Assembly (NCBI GenBank): GCA_964016885.1
Contig: OZ024742.1
Span: forward strand, 207,266,001-207,330,000
Length of the DNA stretch: 64,000 nt
DNA from: Eledone cirrhosa
Lineage: Eukaryota
Direction: 5' to 3'
A program made the position numbers and the translations under genes. The notes beneath the pieces were generated by a model. That model ran no database searches and was not told where the DNA came from. It worked only from the letters and a program-made list of their open reading frames with translations. This document shows, piece by piece, positions 49,652 through 62,920 of this stretch (position 1 is its first letter; the number at the start of each line of letters is the position of its first letter).

Positions 49652-51156
49652 CAACAATACAACAACGATATTTTGGCCTCTGATATACACAAAGACAGAA
49701 TGAGGAAGGAAGCCCGAAATGCATTTGATCATAAGTTTGCTCAACCAAGCCTACTCGTGGCTAAAAACAATAACAAGTTCACCACAACAAAATCAACAAC
49801 ACGGACACAATAGACAAGTTAGGGAATAATCAAAGCTGGAACGTCTTCGAGTATATGTCTCCACCACCTTACCTGATTTGTGCTTAAACAACGATTACAA
49901 TATGTCGAACTCTTTACTTCCCAATAATGGTATCTGATTTAGGCACAAGATCAACATTTTTGAGGAAACGGAAAGTCAAGTAAATCGACCTCATTGCGTT
50001 ACTGTTACTTTATTTATGGTAAGGATGAAAGGCAAAACTAACCTCGGCGGGTTTTGAATTCAGAATGTAAAGTCTCGTAACTCAATGCACTTCTTCCAAG
50101 ATCATTCTTATCAAATTAAGAAATGAGGTAGATGATCCATTCTTGGACACATCAAATTAGCTGATTCGGAGATGTATGTAAACGTTCTTAGAGGAATTTG
50201 AATTCAGTGGAATTTGAACTTAGAACATAAAGAGTTGAGACTAATACTGCAAATGTTAATTCGGCACCTATTCTTCGAAGACGATTTACTTTATTCTTTT
50301 TGATACATACGAAAAGATACTGTAGAAGAATCAAAAAGGCAAAAAGAAAAGATCGAAAATAGATTTTATATTAACTAATACAACAAACAAGATAACATAA
50401 CAATCAATGTAACTTCTAGAAAATAAAGTTTATTTAAGATTTAATGAAGTCGCTATATAAAGAGCACAAACACAATTTAATGAAGTAAATGTAAAATAAT
50501 TTATTCCACTCTCTTCCCACCATAAACATTTAATGATAAGATGGAATTGCGGATTTAATTAATTTTACTTGAGAAATCGTTCTTTCGCTATTGGGGGGAA
50601 AGTATTTATACCAAATCCAGGTGGGTTGTTGGCTGGGTTTAATTGTTAATTGTTCATCAGAAAGGTATTGAAGGGATTGGAGGTTGGAAGAGGGTTGGAG
50701 AGTGATATCTAATTAATTTACTTGGAGTTCACCATTATAGAGGGACTGCTGTAGCTACTGTTGGTTGCTTTTGTTCTGAGAAGAAGAGTAGTGTCATGCA
50801 AATATTACACACATACGCACATACTTACATATACACATAAACACGCACTTACGCCTACATGTTATGCATACATACATACATACATATATAGATGTATAAA
50901 TATATACATATACATGCACACGCCGACACACATATATAAAAGCAAGTTTTGCACCAAGAAAAATAAAACGTCGGTGTGAAGGAGATTAGGAATGTATTTG
51001 CTTTAACATATGTTTCTATGTCTATTTAATTGTCTACATATGCTGACTACAATATATATATTTCAATCTTATGCAATACTTAATTATTTATTACACTTCA
51101 TCAGAAAGCCAATAATAGTGGATGTCAACTCTTAACTACGCGGTAGAATTCAGCGA

Positions 51157-51233
<77 letters not shown>

Positions 51234-51263
51234 CTCTCTGTATATATATATATATATATATAT

Positions 51264-51456
51264 GAAAATGTTTAACCCCGACGGCAGAGCTCAAGCCGTT
51301 TCGACGGCTATTTCTGAACTAGTCCAGAAATACACATCGAAACGGCTTGAGCTCTGCCGTTAAGGTTAAATATTTTCCTATTACCCACTCTACTACCCTA
51401 AGTATTGAGTACTCTGATGCTTTATGGTCCATCTGGTTCCTTACCACACATCCTTT

Positions 51457-51460
<4 letters not shown>
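51264..51460 (+). mobile_element. Family A PLE terminal fragment with a fold-back palindrome centred on ACTAGT (51318-51323)
   Basis: Arms ~51264-51320 and ~51321-51377; tail matches 49055-49135; (TA)n flanks. Confidence 0.8.
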
Positions 51461-51518
<58 letters not shown>

Positions 51519-51648
51519 GTTATATAGTAAGGTGCAATATTGGTTGTGTAAAAAGGTCCAATAATTTTATGTTAGCAATATTAAGTTCTCAACGCTTTTG
51601 TATATCTCCAATTCCATTCGAGGGAACAGCTAGATGATTTAAAACGGA

Positions 51649-51696
<48 letters not shown>

Positions 51697-51928
51697 TGCT
51701 AAGTTTTTCCGCCGAAGAATACATCAAAGTAAAAACCGCTCTGTGTAATGTACACAGCCCAAATTTATGAATATGATCTACCTAAGGTTTCAAACTTTAA
51801 CTCGCATAGGACATTCTATATCTGCTAATTTGGTTATCTTCAGGCAAATCCAAGATGGTTGGAAGTTACTTCATATATGTGACCTCGTCAGATATAAGGG
51901 AGATAATAATGTGATTTATATAGAGAGG

Positions 51929-52046
<118 letters not shown>

Positions 52047-52049
52047 TAT

Positions 52050-52850
52050 AATTAAAATTGTAATTGCTAAAGTGTTAACATCGACACTATATATATCTGT
52101 TTGCGTGACAATATATTTTTTTGTGTGTAACTATATTGATTGTTCTTGTGGAAATGGTGCGTATATATATCCGTGGGTATATACATTTTGTGTTTAGTGT
52201 ATATAGCCGTGGGAGTCAGTATTGTTAATGGTGTATGTAATATTTATGTGCATATTATTTATGTTGCTTATTACGTTTAACAGTATCGGGTGTTGTTTGT
52301 TGTGTACATATATATATGCCTAAGACTGGTTTGTTGGCTAAGGCGGTTATAAGATTGTTGTATTTTGTGTGTCCGGGCTCATATTCTTCCATGCTGAGAG
52401 GCGGTGGATCTCACATGGGGGAATCTTCTAAAAAATTCATTTTTAGCATTTAGAAGATATTTCTAATAGAACTTCAGGCCCCGCAGTATTCTACATTTTT
52501 CACTTAAGCAAAGTGAATACCTGCTTTTTCCTTTCCTACAAGGGAGTGATTTATCCAGAATATTTCAATTAATCGTGTATTGAATCTCTTCCTCCTGCAG
52601 GCCTCACACATCATTTGCCAGTTCTGTGACCCTTCTCATTCCCTGATATTTGAATGATGCAATATGTGAGTAGTACCATTATTTGAACCAGTCTTGTGTC
52701 ATACCCACATATCATTATTTACCCTCTGTGTGATTGATTATATATAGAATGATAGGGTCATCATATACGACCAACTTTCTTTTTTATGTTACATGGACAT
52801 CGCGGGTTTACTGTAAATTTTAAGAATAATCTGTCCACTGAGAAGAGTTC
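52050..52850 (-). mobile_element. Penelope-like 3' fragment, highly decayed
   Basis: Minus strand YVGMTQDWFK..,DKSLPCRKG..LCLSEKCRILRGL..LLNAKNEFFRRFPHV, parallel to the GIY-YIG tail at 19490-19800. Confidence 0.65.
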
Positions 52851-54882
52851 TATATACATTTAAATTAACAAATCTGTTTTATTACTTTCTACTAAATCAT
52901 TAAATGATATTAAGTGTTAAAAGAAAATAACACACCTTTGAAGAAATTGCTAAAAGACTGGGAGAAGGCGAAAGAAAATAAGGGAGATTTGCCAACGTTT
53001 TATATAAACTGAAACAATAAAAATCGCGAGAAGAACAGGAGCAGAAAGCAAAACCTCCAAGGAGGATAACAGACAGATCATTAGATGAGTTCTAACTGAT
53101 AGTAGGGACACAGTAGTTGTTACAAAGAGAGCGGATTCTCCTAGCCCTTCTCCGTGCTATCCGCAAACAAAATCTGCAAACTTTAAAACATACAAAACAG
53201 AGTGAATCGTTATAGCTGCTCGCTCACGTTGCGAGAAGTAGTAGCCAAATCGTCAGCAAATCTCACTATTTAAAATGTGTCAGTGGTACGGTAAATGATA
53301 TAGTCCTCGCTGTATCCATCCATAACTCTACAAAGACGGTCAACTCAATAAATGTGGGCTTGAGGATAATCAACAGTAACGGACATATAAATATAGAGTA
53401 TGCAGAGAAGAGAGTACGTGCCAAGACTACAACAGTGCATCACAAAAAGTTAAAAACACTGTAAAATGTCATCAAGAAGACAGAGATGTGCCGTAACTGG
53501 AGTAGCTAAAGATGTTATCGTTAAACCTACATTACGTAGGTCGTAGCTGATCATGGAAGACATGCGCAACAAGAAATCAATAAAAACAACAGCAACAGAA
53601 GCAGCACCAGCAGCACCTCCACCACCACCACCACCACCATCTCGAACAACAACAGCAGCAGCAACCCTACAACCACCACCACCACCACCAGCAACACCAT
53701 CAGCACCACCAACACCATCCACCACTACCAACACCAACAACAAATATATATTGTCTGATCAGATATATTACTGCCCAGCAGCATGGTTACGTAAGTACGA
53801 AGCTAGAATATCAGTGAAAGTTTATAGTTTTAATATTCTGCGCAATTTTCGTTTCAGGTTAACAGTTTCAAAACTAACAACAATACAACAACCAAACAAA
53901 ACCTCTACAAATGCAGAAATTTACCTAATCTGTGACGAGATGTTTCACTAAAAACATAGCAATGCTGAAACAAAATATTAAAAATGTTTAAATATGATTT
54001 AATAACTCTTTTCTCTTGTTCAATTCTGAATTACGATGCTTTGTGTTTGTGATTAATATTCATGTTATTTTTATACCTCATATCTTTTTTACTTTTCATA
54101 TTTCTCCTTATTCTCTCCTTATTTATTTATGCGCTTGCTTCTGTTTCTTTTCTGGTTTCTTCCTTTCATTCATTCATCCATTCATTCTTTCTTTCTTTTT
54201 TATTTTTTAACTTATTCCACTCTTTGATCCAGTTTTTATCTCTTTTTCTTTTATTACACATTTACTGTTAATTTCCAACAGTAATGTGCTTTCCCAGGAT
54301 ACAAATGTCCGACCCTTCAGATGGCTGCTAAACATAATCATAGTTTAGTCATTCTCGTTCTCTAAAATATCTCAACACAGCATATAAAAATGCATATAAA
54401 AATGCATATTAAAATCTTTCACAACATCGAATTTCATATTTGGTAAAAAAATTATAAACAATTGTTTATTTTATTCGCCTGTCAATACATAATTATATAA
54501 CAACTTAATTTCATGATGACAAAAGGAGAGACGAATAACAACCAGATAGAAAACAGAGCTCTTGGCTGAATCTGAATGGCATGTCTCAGTTACCCCTCGA
54601 GGACAAGATGGCGAAATCATTAGCAAAAGTAGTTAGTGATACCCGATACATCTACCATAACACCCCTGAGACTCCTACCTAAGGCGTAATGACCCTGTCC
54701 TGATATGGCGGAAGTAAATAACCACCCGTGTACTGAAAACACTGGAGGTCTATACTTTTGAAATATCCTCTGCCTGTCCATTCGAGTCATATTTTTTTTT
54801 ATTTTCTACTAGTAATGACCGCTCCTGTGAGGTAATGATTGATAAGATATTAAAGTAATAATCTGGTGAATGAATTACTAAC

Positions 54883-55776
54883 CTATATATATATATAAAA
54901 CTGAGGATCTCTGTCTGTGTGTGTGTGAGTTTGAATCCATAAAACTCGAGAAACACCCAACCGACTGTTTTCAAACTTTACATATGTAATACTTATGTTT
55001 CAGGGAATGTTCTGAGCAAACAGAATTTCAAATTTTCAATGCCCTAGGGACTGCATTGGGCGATTTAGCGATCTCTCTCTATGATTCTTAGTCTTTCGCT
55101 TTTTAGATAGATACATACATATAACGTCGCGCCCTTATAATATCTGTCTGTATGTGGGGATGTCCTCATTACGTCACATCTCTGAGGATGTCTGTGTGTG
55201 AGTTTGAATCACTAAAACTCGAGAAATACCCAACTGACTTTTTTCAAACTTTACATGTGTATTACTTATGTTTCACATAAAAAAATTCAACTTTTTGATC
55301 CCCTAGCATTAGGTGAAAAATTGCGGTTTTTCAGGTTTTTAGGGGTTTTTTGAGGCGTTCCGTCAGACCATATCCTTGAAATTGTAACTATGTATTAGAC
55401 AGTCTCTTCTTCATACCGTGAGCAAAGAAAATCCAACTTTTTTTGTGGCCCAAGGCCCGCATTAGGTGAAAAACTTCATTTTTTCAGCTTTTTAGGGCTT
55501 TTTTGAGGCGTTACGTCTAGCCGATTTTCCCGAAATTTCAAGGCATATTATGCACATTAAAAAAAATCATTTCCTTGATCCCCTAGGGCCCGCATTAGGT
55601 GAAAACCTGCATTTTCCTGCTTCATCGAGTAAAATATTAAAGATTATCCAGCCATCAGAGTATTCGGTTATTTTCTTTACATATTGTCCAGGCATGCAGT
55701 TTTTCCACGATTAGTTCTGTTGGCGGCCCGCGTTCCAAAATACCTTATCCCGTGCAGCGCCGGGTACCACTGCTAG
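54883..55776 (+). mobile_element. Non-autonomous Helitron-like element with internal duplications
   Basis: 5' ctatatatatatataaaactgag..tctgtgtgtg; 3' hairpin cccgtgcagcgccggg then CTAG|T (55773-55777); 5' block repeated at ~55183-55275; cattaggtgaaaa three times. Confidence 0.75.
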
Positions 55777-55779
55777 TGA

Positions 55780-56140
55780 CTAATATAGTAGTGTAGGAAT
55801 GAAGCACACAATAGTGTAGTAATTATCCATATAGTAGTGTAGTAAGAAACACAATAATGTAGTAACAATTCATATAATAGCATAGGGATGAATCACAGTG
55901 TAATAAAGTTATGATTGATAGAGTAGGGTAGAGATGAACTGCACAATATACAATGAACCACACGATACACAATGATACGTATAGTCGTGTAGTAATGAAC
56001 CACTACATAGTGCAGTAATATTTGATATGGTAGTGTCAAAATTGTTTATCAATAGTGTATCAATGATCCAGACAATAGTGGAATGAATATGCAATGATGA
56101 TCCATAAAATTGTATAGCGATGACCAACACAACAGAGTAG
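55780..56140. repeat. Degenerate ~25-bp tandem repeat (tagtgtagtaatga..cacaa)
   Basis: Recurrent motif seen directly. Confidence 0.55.
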
Positions 56141-56307
56141 TAAGCAGATCGAGATGCCACATAAAGGTTCCATTTGTGAGAGTAATGACCACGACAGCGA
56201 CGACTATGATGTTGATTGTAGTGGTGTTACTGTTGGGAGAGGTGGTAATGATGTGTTGTGTTGTTGGATCAACCACATGAGTAGCAAGGTATTAATGATC
56301 TATCTAT

Positions 56308-59104
56308 AGGAATAGGAAGGAAAGGGAGCTAATAGATAGAGTAGAAGAGGCAATTAGAAGCGGCGACGTGGCCAGAGTGCTAGCGTCGAGAACGGCTTTG
56401 AGCCAGTTTTTCGACGCGAAGCACGAAGGCTGCGTTGTCCGAAGTAAAATACGTGCTCTAGGGAACGACGGGACCAAAGCTGTTAGCTGGGCCCGCGTGA
56501 CAGAGGCCAACAGTGGAACTAAATCCACCATCCGGTCTTTGCGAGACCAGGATGGACGGGCGATTCTTGAGCCTAAGCAGATGTGTGAGGCCTTTCAAAG
56601 GCACTTTGCCCGACTGTTCGGGAGGGGCGGGGAGCCGGTTGGGAATGTGGACTTCGGTCCATACCTCGACGGCCTGCTGCGTCTCTCGGACAGGGAGGCG
56701 AAGTCCTGCGAGGAGCCGATTTCGGCCGCTGAGATAGAGGACGTGCTGAGCCAATGCGGCAAACGCAAATCCCCGGGTCTCGATGGTCTTCCATACGAAT
56801 TATATCTAACTATGCCGGACTTGTTCCCCGATCTCCTCGAGGCGGTCTACTGCAACTGGCAACAGAACGGGAGAATTCCCTGTACTGTGACCAAGGGCGT
56901 AGTCACGCTAGTGAGGAAGGACGAGAACAAGGGGGACGAAATAAGTAACTTCAGGCCCATAACTCTGCTAAATACAGAGTTACAGATTTTGGCCAAGGTG
57001 CTAGCAAAGAGGTTGGCGCTTGTCGTGGGCAACCTGGTGGGAGATGCGCAGACATGTGCTATCCCGTCCAGGTCCATCCATGACAACCTCCACCTCATGC
57101 GATACATCATAGAGAGGGTTGGGAACGAACCCGGCTTTGGTGGGGCTCTGATCAACTTGGATCAATCTAAGGCGTTCGATAGGGTCGACCATGGTTACCT
57201 GGATGCGGTGCTAGCGGCGGCAGGCTTCGGACCCGTTTTCAGGGGCTGGATCACTGCTATGCACAGCAGCCGCGTCTGCTCTAGGGTCAAGGTGAACGGC
57301 TACCTCTCGGAGCCGTTCAAAATCGCGCGGTCCATCCGACAAGGGTGCCCTCTCTCCTCCCTTCCGTATGTGTTGACTCTCGAGCCACTACTGCGGAAGT
57401 TGGAGTTGTTGCAGGGCATCCCTTTGGAACCGGGATTGCGGAAAGCGGTGTCGGCCTACGCCGATGACGTGACAGTAAAGGTGTCGACGGCCTCCGAAAT
57501 CGGGGAGGTCGGCACCTTACTGGAGGAGTACGAAAGGTTCACAAGGGGTAAGCTGAACCGGGACAAGTCGATCGGTTTGCAACTCGGCACGTGGAGGGGC
57601 AGATCGATGCCCTCCGATGGCGTCATCGGACGCTGGACGGAGGGCCGGGTGAAGTTGCTCGGGGTCTGGTTCGGATCGGACCTCCAGGTGGAGAAGAACT
57701 GGGCGGAGGTTACGAACAGGGTGTTTGCACTGACCCAGAAGTGGGCCAGTTGCAAACTATCCCTGAAAGGTCCGGCGGAGGTGGCGAACACCTATATAGC
57801 GTCCGTCATCTACTACCGCCTGACCGTAGTGCCCTGCCCAAGAGAAACCCTCGCCAAGAGGGAGCACGCGCTCTTCCAATTCCTTTGGAAGAGGCGGGCT
57901 CCCTTGGTGAGGAGATCCATCTGCTGTCAACACCCTTCGAAAGGAGGGCTGGGGATGCCGTGGCTAATGATGCGTAAACACGCAATAAGGCTACGGCACC
58001 TCCACGTATTCCTCACCGGTCAACTGGTGTAGGCCTCGTTTGTGAGACGAACCTTTCCCAGACTCGTCTCACTCACCGAGCTGCAATCCTGGGTCAAGCA
58101 AAGACCGAGAAAACTGGGCCGCTGGCACACTGAGTGTGCCCAGGCGCTCACCGCCCTCTGGCAGGCGGATCCGGTTATCAGTGGAGACTCCACCGCAACA
58201 TTCTATAGAGGGCTGGTACGCAGCAGGTGCGACGACGCCCTCGGAGAAGCCCTAGACATGGAGGAGGACGAACTGGCCAGCCTGTTCGGTAGGACATTCA
58301 GCCCGGGACCTATGGACAACTTCCAGAAGTCCCTGGCCTGGCAGTTCTACCGAGGGGCTCTACCCGTTCGAGAAAAGCTCTACAGACACGGGCGCCCGGG
58401 TAGGGACCCCGCCAAAAAGATCTGTCCCAGATGCGTGTGCGACGAGGAAACCATTGCACACGCATTGGTACACTGCTCGGGCGTAGCCGATCTGTGGGGC
58501 TATGACGAACAACTGCTGTCAAGGGTGGGACCGATCCGGTTGACCACCGAGTCTATTGTAATGATCAAGCCGCCTCCCCCCTTCAAAGATGAAGGAGAGG
58601 CGGTGTTTCTGTGCGTAATAGCCATGGTGAAAGAAGTTGTATGGTGGACGCGTCTGAAAGGACTGAGGTCAGGCACCTTTCTCTCTGGCCAACAACTGGT
58701 CCGTTTCTTCCGATATCATTTCGGAAGAAGGATCAGGATGGAGAGAGAGGTGCTCCACCCCAGTCGTTTTTATGAAAGGTGGGTGAAAGTGGCGAGAATG
58801 GCCCGTGTGAATGGGCCTTCTCTTTACATAAGCCTGTAGGTGGAAAAGAGGAAGGAACGAGGGAGCACCCCCTCTCTGTGCTCCTGAGGAGAAGGGTTGC
58901 ACACTTTTTTCGGGGGTGTCTGCGACCCCCCAAGGCGCCTCCTCTCTATTGAGGATTTTGTTATACATTTTATTTTTTGTTATATTTTATTTTATTTTTA
59001 TATATTGTTATTGCCTCCTCCTTATTGAGGACGCCTTTTTGTGTAAACTCCCCCCATTGTACTTGTCCCACTTTTGATGCCCTGGTGGCAAATAAAAGAA
59101 ACAT
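56308..59104 (+). mobile_element. Tx1-clade L1, subfamily 2, 5'-truncated; RT region almost intact
   Basis: ORF 56368-58032 (KSPGLDGLP, NFRPITLLN, DQSKAFDRVDH, IRQGCPLS, AYADDV) continues in frame after one TAG into 58042-58839 (zinc knuckle); 9-bp ATCTATCTA at both flanks (56298-56306, 59105-59113). Confidence 0.94.
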
Positions 59105-59581
59105 ATCTATCTAAGTATTTATTTAATATTATTCATTCACACATTCATTCTTATTGATCTATTCATTCTCCCTTCCGCCCCACCCTATCGTGATCCCCTA
59201 GCTACCCATCCTCACCTGTTCCTAAGTCTGGACACATGTCAGATAAGATGTCTGGCATGTTGATTTAGAGGCGTAACCTTTATTTATTTCATGGACATTT
59301 TTTTTTAGCCAAACTGGCATGGAGCCACCTGATCTTTATTTACGGTATGGTGGTATTAATAGTAGTAGCGTTAGTATTAGTGATGTGCGTGGGGTGCATG
59401 TCTATGGGGTAGGGAAGCGGGGTGATGTTACATATACCCATCTCCGTATCAATTCAATACAGGGTGGTGTCATCTGCTCATCGACAGATGGATATACCAG
59501 GTATTATCACATTAACTGCTGTTGCTGTTGTTGTTGTTGTTGTTGCTTTTGCTGTTGTTGTTGCTATTATTATTATTGTTA

Positions 59582-59770
59582 ATGGCGGTGGATTGGCAGT
59601 ATCGGTAGAGAGTCGGACACTATGCTTTGACGCATAGAGTTAAGGCCCTTTCCATTCTGATTTCAAACTCCGCCGAGGTCAACTTTGCCTTTAATCCTTA
59701 CTGGGTCGATAAAATAAAGTACCAGTAATGTACTGGATAATTGCTGGCCTTGTGCCAAAAGAAGACACAA
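59582..59770 (+). mobile_element. SINE (same family as 15880)
   Basis: Full head-core-tail pattern ending in attattatt. Confidence 0.8.
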
Positions 59771-59780
59771 TTATTATTGT

Positions 59781-61918
59781 TTTTTCAACTGTTCAGGAGC
59801 AGCAGTGGGCCGGATCAGAGTATGGTTTTCGGTGATCTGGTGGCAGAGTCGCAGACATGTGCCATTCCTGACAGATCCATCCATGAGACAACCTCCATCT
59901 CATGCGATACATCATAAAGGGGGTGGTTAAGGAACCTGGCACGGGTGGAGCCCTGATCAAATTGGATAAATCTAAAGCATTTGATATGGTCGACCATCGG
60001 TACTCGGCGGCGGTCCTCGAGGTGGCCGACTTCGGGTCCCTCTTTAGGGGCTGGTTCTCTGCGATGCACAGCAACATCTGCTCAGTTGTGAGGGTGAACG
60101 GTCACCTGTCGCAGCCGTTCAGCATCATGCGCTCGGTCCGCCAGGGTTGTCCCCTCTCGTCCCTCTTGTACGTATTGGCCCTCGAGACGTTACTGCACAA
60201 ATTTGAGGCGACGAGAGGGGTCCCACGCGAACTGGGATGCGGGAGGTCCGTCTCAGCTTACACCGACGACGTTACTGTGGTGGTGTCGAGACCCAGACAC
60301 GTCCAGATGCTCGGCACCGCTCTCAAGGAATACGAAGCGGTGACAGGAACAAAGATAAACCAGGAAAAGTCGGTGGGCTTGTAGCTCGGCACCTGGACAG
60401 GCAAGTCCATGCCGTCCGACAGCGTCGTGGGGCTTTGGACGGACGGACCGTTTAAATTGCTCGGGGTCTGGTTCGGACCGGACCTCCAGATTGAGAAAAA
60501 CTGGAGCGAGGTGACGAGCAAAGCGGCCTTCCTCACCCAGAAATGGGCCGACAGGAAGCTGTCCCTGAAAGGCCGGGCAGAGGTGGCGAATGCGTACATA
60601 ACATCCGTCATCTGCTACCGCCTCATCATCCTCCCTTGCCCCGGCCCAACTCTCACCAAAATGAAGCGCCTCCTCTTCCGCTTTTTGTTGAAGGGACGCG
60701 CTCCCATGGTCAGAAGATCCATCTGCTGTCAACACACGTTGTGTGGAGGATTGGGCATTCCATGGCTGATGATGCGCAAACATGCGCTGAAGCTGCGACA
60801 TCTCTGGTGCTTCCTTGACGCTGAACAGGTGTGGTCGCCGTTCGCCAGGCACGTTCTCCCACAGCTCGTCTCCTTGACGGAGCTGCAGTCCTGGGTCAGG
60901 AAAAGACCGAGGGATAGCGCTTGGAAACTGGAATGTCTCCATGCGCTCACTGCCAGCTGGGCACCGGTATCGGTAGAACATCCACCTCGGCGTTCTATAG
61001 AAGACTAGTGGAGGGGAAGAGCGACGACGTTCTCGGAGAGATCCTTGGCGTCGAAGAAGATCAGCTGTTTGCTCTCTTACTGAGAACTTTCAGCCCAAGG
61101 CCTATGGATAACTTCCAAAAATCCCTGGCCTGGCAGTGCTACCGGGGATCGTTGCCGGTTAGAGATAAGCTCTACAGGCACGGAACTGCCGTCAGCCGAG
61201 GCTGTCCGAGATGTGCGTAGAGCGACGAAACCGTCGTGCACGCACTCGTTCAGTGCCCGAGCATTGCTAACTTGTGGAGCTTTGTCGAACAGTTGCCGTC
61301 GCGTGTAGGACTGATCCGGTTATCGACTGAGTCAATTCTGCAGATGGTTTCGCTGTCTTCCTTCGAGGAGGAAGGGCGGGCGGTTTTCATCTGCTTGGCG
61401 GCCATGGCGAAAGAGATTGTGTAGTGGACATGGTTGAATGGGTTAAAGACAGATACTTTTCTCTTCGGCGAATCCCTAATTAACTTTTTCAAGTTTCACT
61501 TGAAGAGAAATAACAGGGTGGAGGGGCAAGTGCTGCCTTCTATCAAGTTTGTTGAAAGGTGGGTGAATATAGCGAGAATGGTCCGAGTGAACGGGACCGC
61601 TCTGAATATACGCCTGTAGTTTGAGAAAGGGAAAAATTGAGAGAAGGCGCTTGCCCTGGTGGTCAGAGTGGCCGGAGTCTTTTGTGTGGTTTTCGCCACG
61701 AGTAACCCTCGGAGGTTTCCCCCTTATTGGGGAATTTTTCATTGTTTCAATTTTCATTTTTATTGTTTATATATATATATGTTTCTGTCTTGTTTTTCTT
61801 TTCTTATATAAATAATAAACATCTTTACACGCCCAAAACCCACATCGTACCGTCCTGTACCGTCCTGTGCCATCTGTAATGTTTTTCTTGATGTCAGCCC
61901 TTGTGGCCAATAAAGAAA

Positions 61919-61920
<2 letters not shown>
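59781..61920 (+). mobile_element. Tx1-clade L1, subfamily 1, 5'-truncated and decayed
   Basis: DKSKAFDMVDH, VRQGCPLS, AYTDDV, GGLGIP, CPRC; 3' UTR and end AATAAAGAAATC|ATTATT match 5923-6170. Confidence 0.92.
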
Positions 61921-61958
<38 letters not shown>

Positions 61959-61959
61959 C

Positions 61960-62915
61960 AGTAGAAGGTCGGACGCCATTCTTTGCAGTATAGAGTTACG
62001 GCCCTTTATGATCTGAGTTCAAATCCCGCCGAGGTTAACTTTGCCTTTCATCCTTACCAAGTCGATAAAATAAAGTACCAGTAATACACTGGGGTAGATT
62101 TAATCGACTTTCCCCTCCCCCAAAATTGCTGGCCTTATGTCTATGTAAGAAACCATTATTATTATTAATCTTAGGGCGGTGGATGTGCAGTAACGGTAGA
62201 ACGTCAGACACTATGCTTTGCGGCATAGTGTTATGGCCCTTTACATTCAGAGTCCAAATCCCGCCAAGGTTAGCTTTGCCTTTCATTCATACAGGGGCAA
62301 TAAAATAAAGCACCAGTAATGCACTGGGGTCGATTTACTTCAAATTACTGGCATTGTGCCTAAAGTAGAAACAATTATTGTGATAATTACGTTCAGAATT
62401 TAAATCCCGCCGAGGTTAGCTTTGCGTTTCATCCATACGGGGTTGATAAAATAAATCAATTGTAACGTATTGGGTTCGATTTAATCGACTTTCTCCTCCC
62501 CAAAATTGTTGGCATTGTGTCTAAATTCAGAAACCGTTATTATTATTATTATTAACCAGACAATCTGATGTAATTGATTGGCTTGTCAGTATCGATAGAG
62601 CGCCGGACAACATGCTTTACGGCATAGAGTTATCGCCCATTATGTCATAACTTCAAATACAACCGAGGTTAGCTTTGCATTTCATCATTACCGGGTTGAT
62701 AAAATAAAGTACTAGTAACACACTGGAGTCAATTTAATCGACATTCCCTTCGCCCAAAATTGCTGGCCTTGTGCTTACGTCAGAAACCTTTATCAAGCAA
62801 CAAATTTGTGGTGTGGTTAAAACGTTGGATTACGTGCATTGGCATTTGTTCCGGTTCTCTGCAGTCTGAATTCAAATCACGCCGAGGTCAATTTTGCCTT
62901 TCATTCTTTTGAAGT
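61960..62915 (+). mobile_element. Head-to-tail cluster of about five SINE copies
   Basis: Core (g/t)tcaaatcccgccgaggtt..tttgcctttcat at ~62017, 62252, 62400, 62652 and 62871, mostly separated by (ATT)n. Confidence 0.8.
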
Positions 62916-62920
62916 ACCTG

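Noticed and set aside
53450-53951. Pro/Thr/Ala-rich ORF resembling a formin or mucin segment
   Set aside because: Mixed (CCA)/(CAG)/(CAA) trinucleotide low complexity, with no domain or splice support
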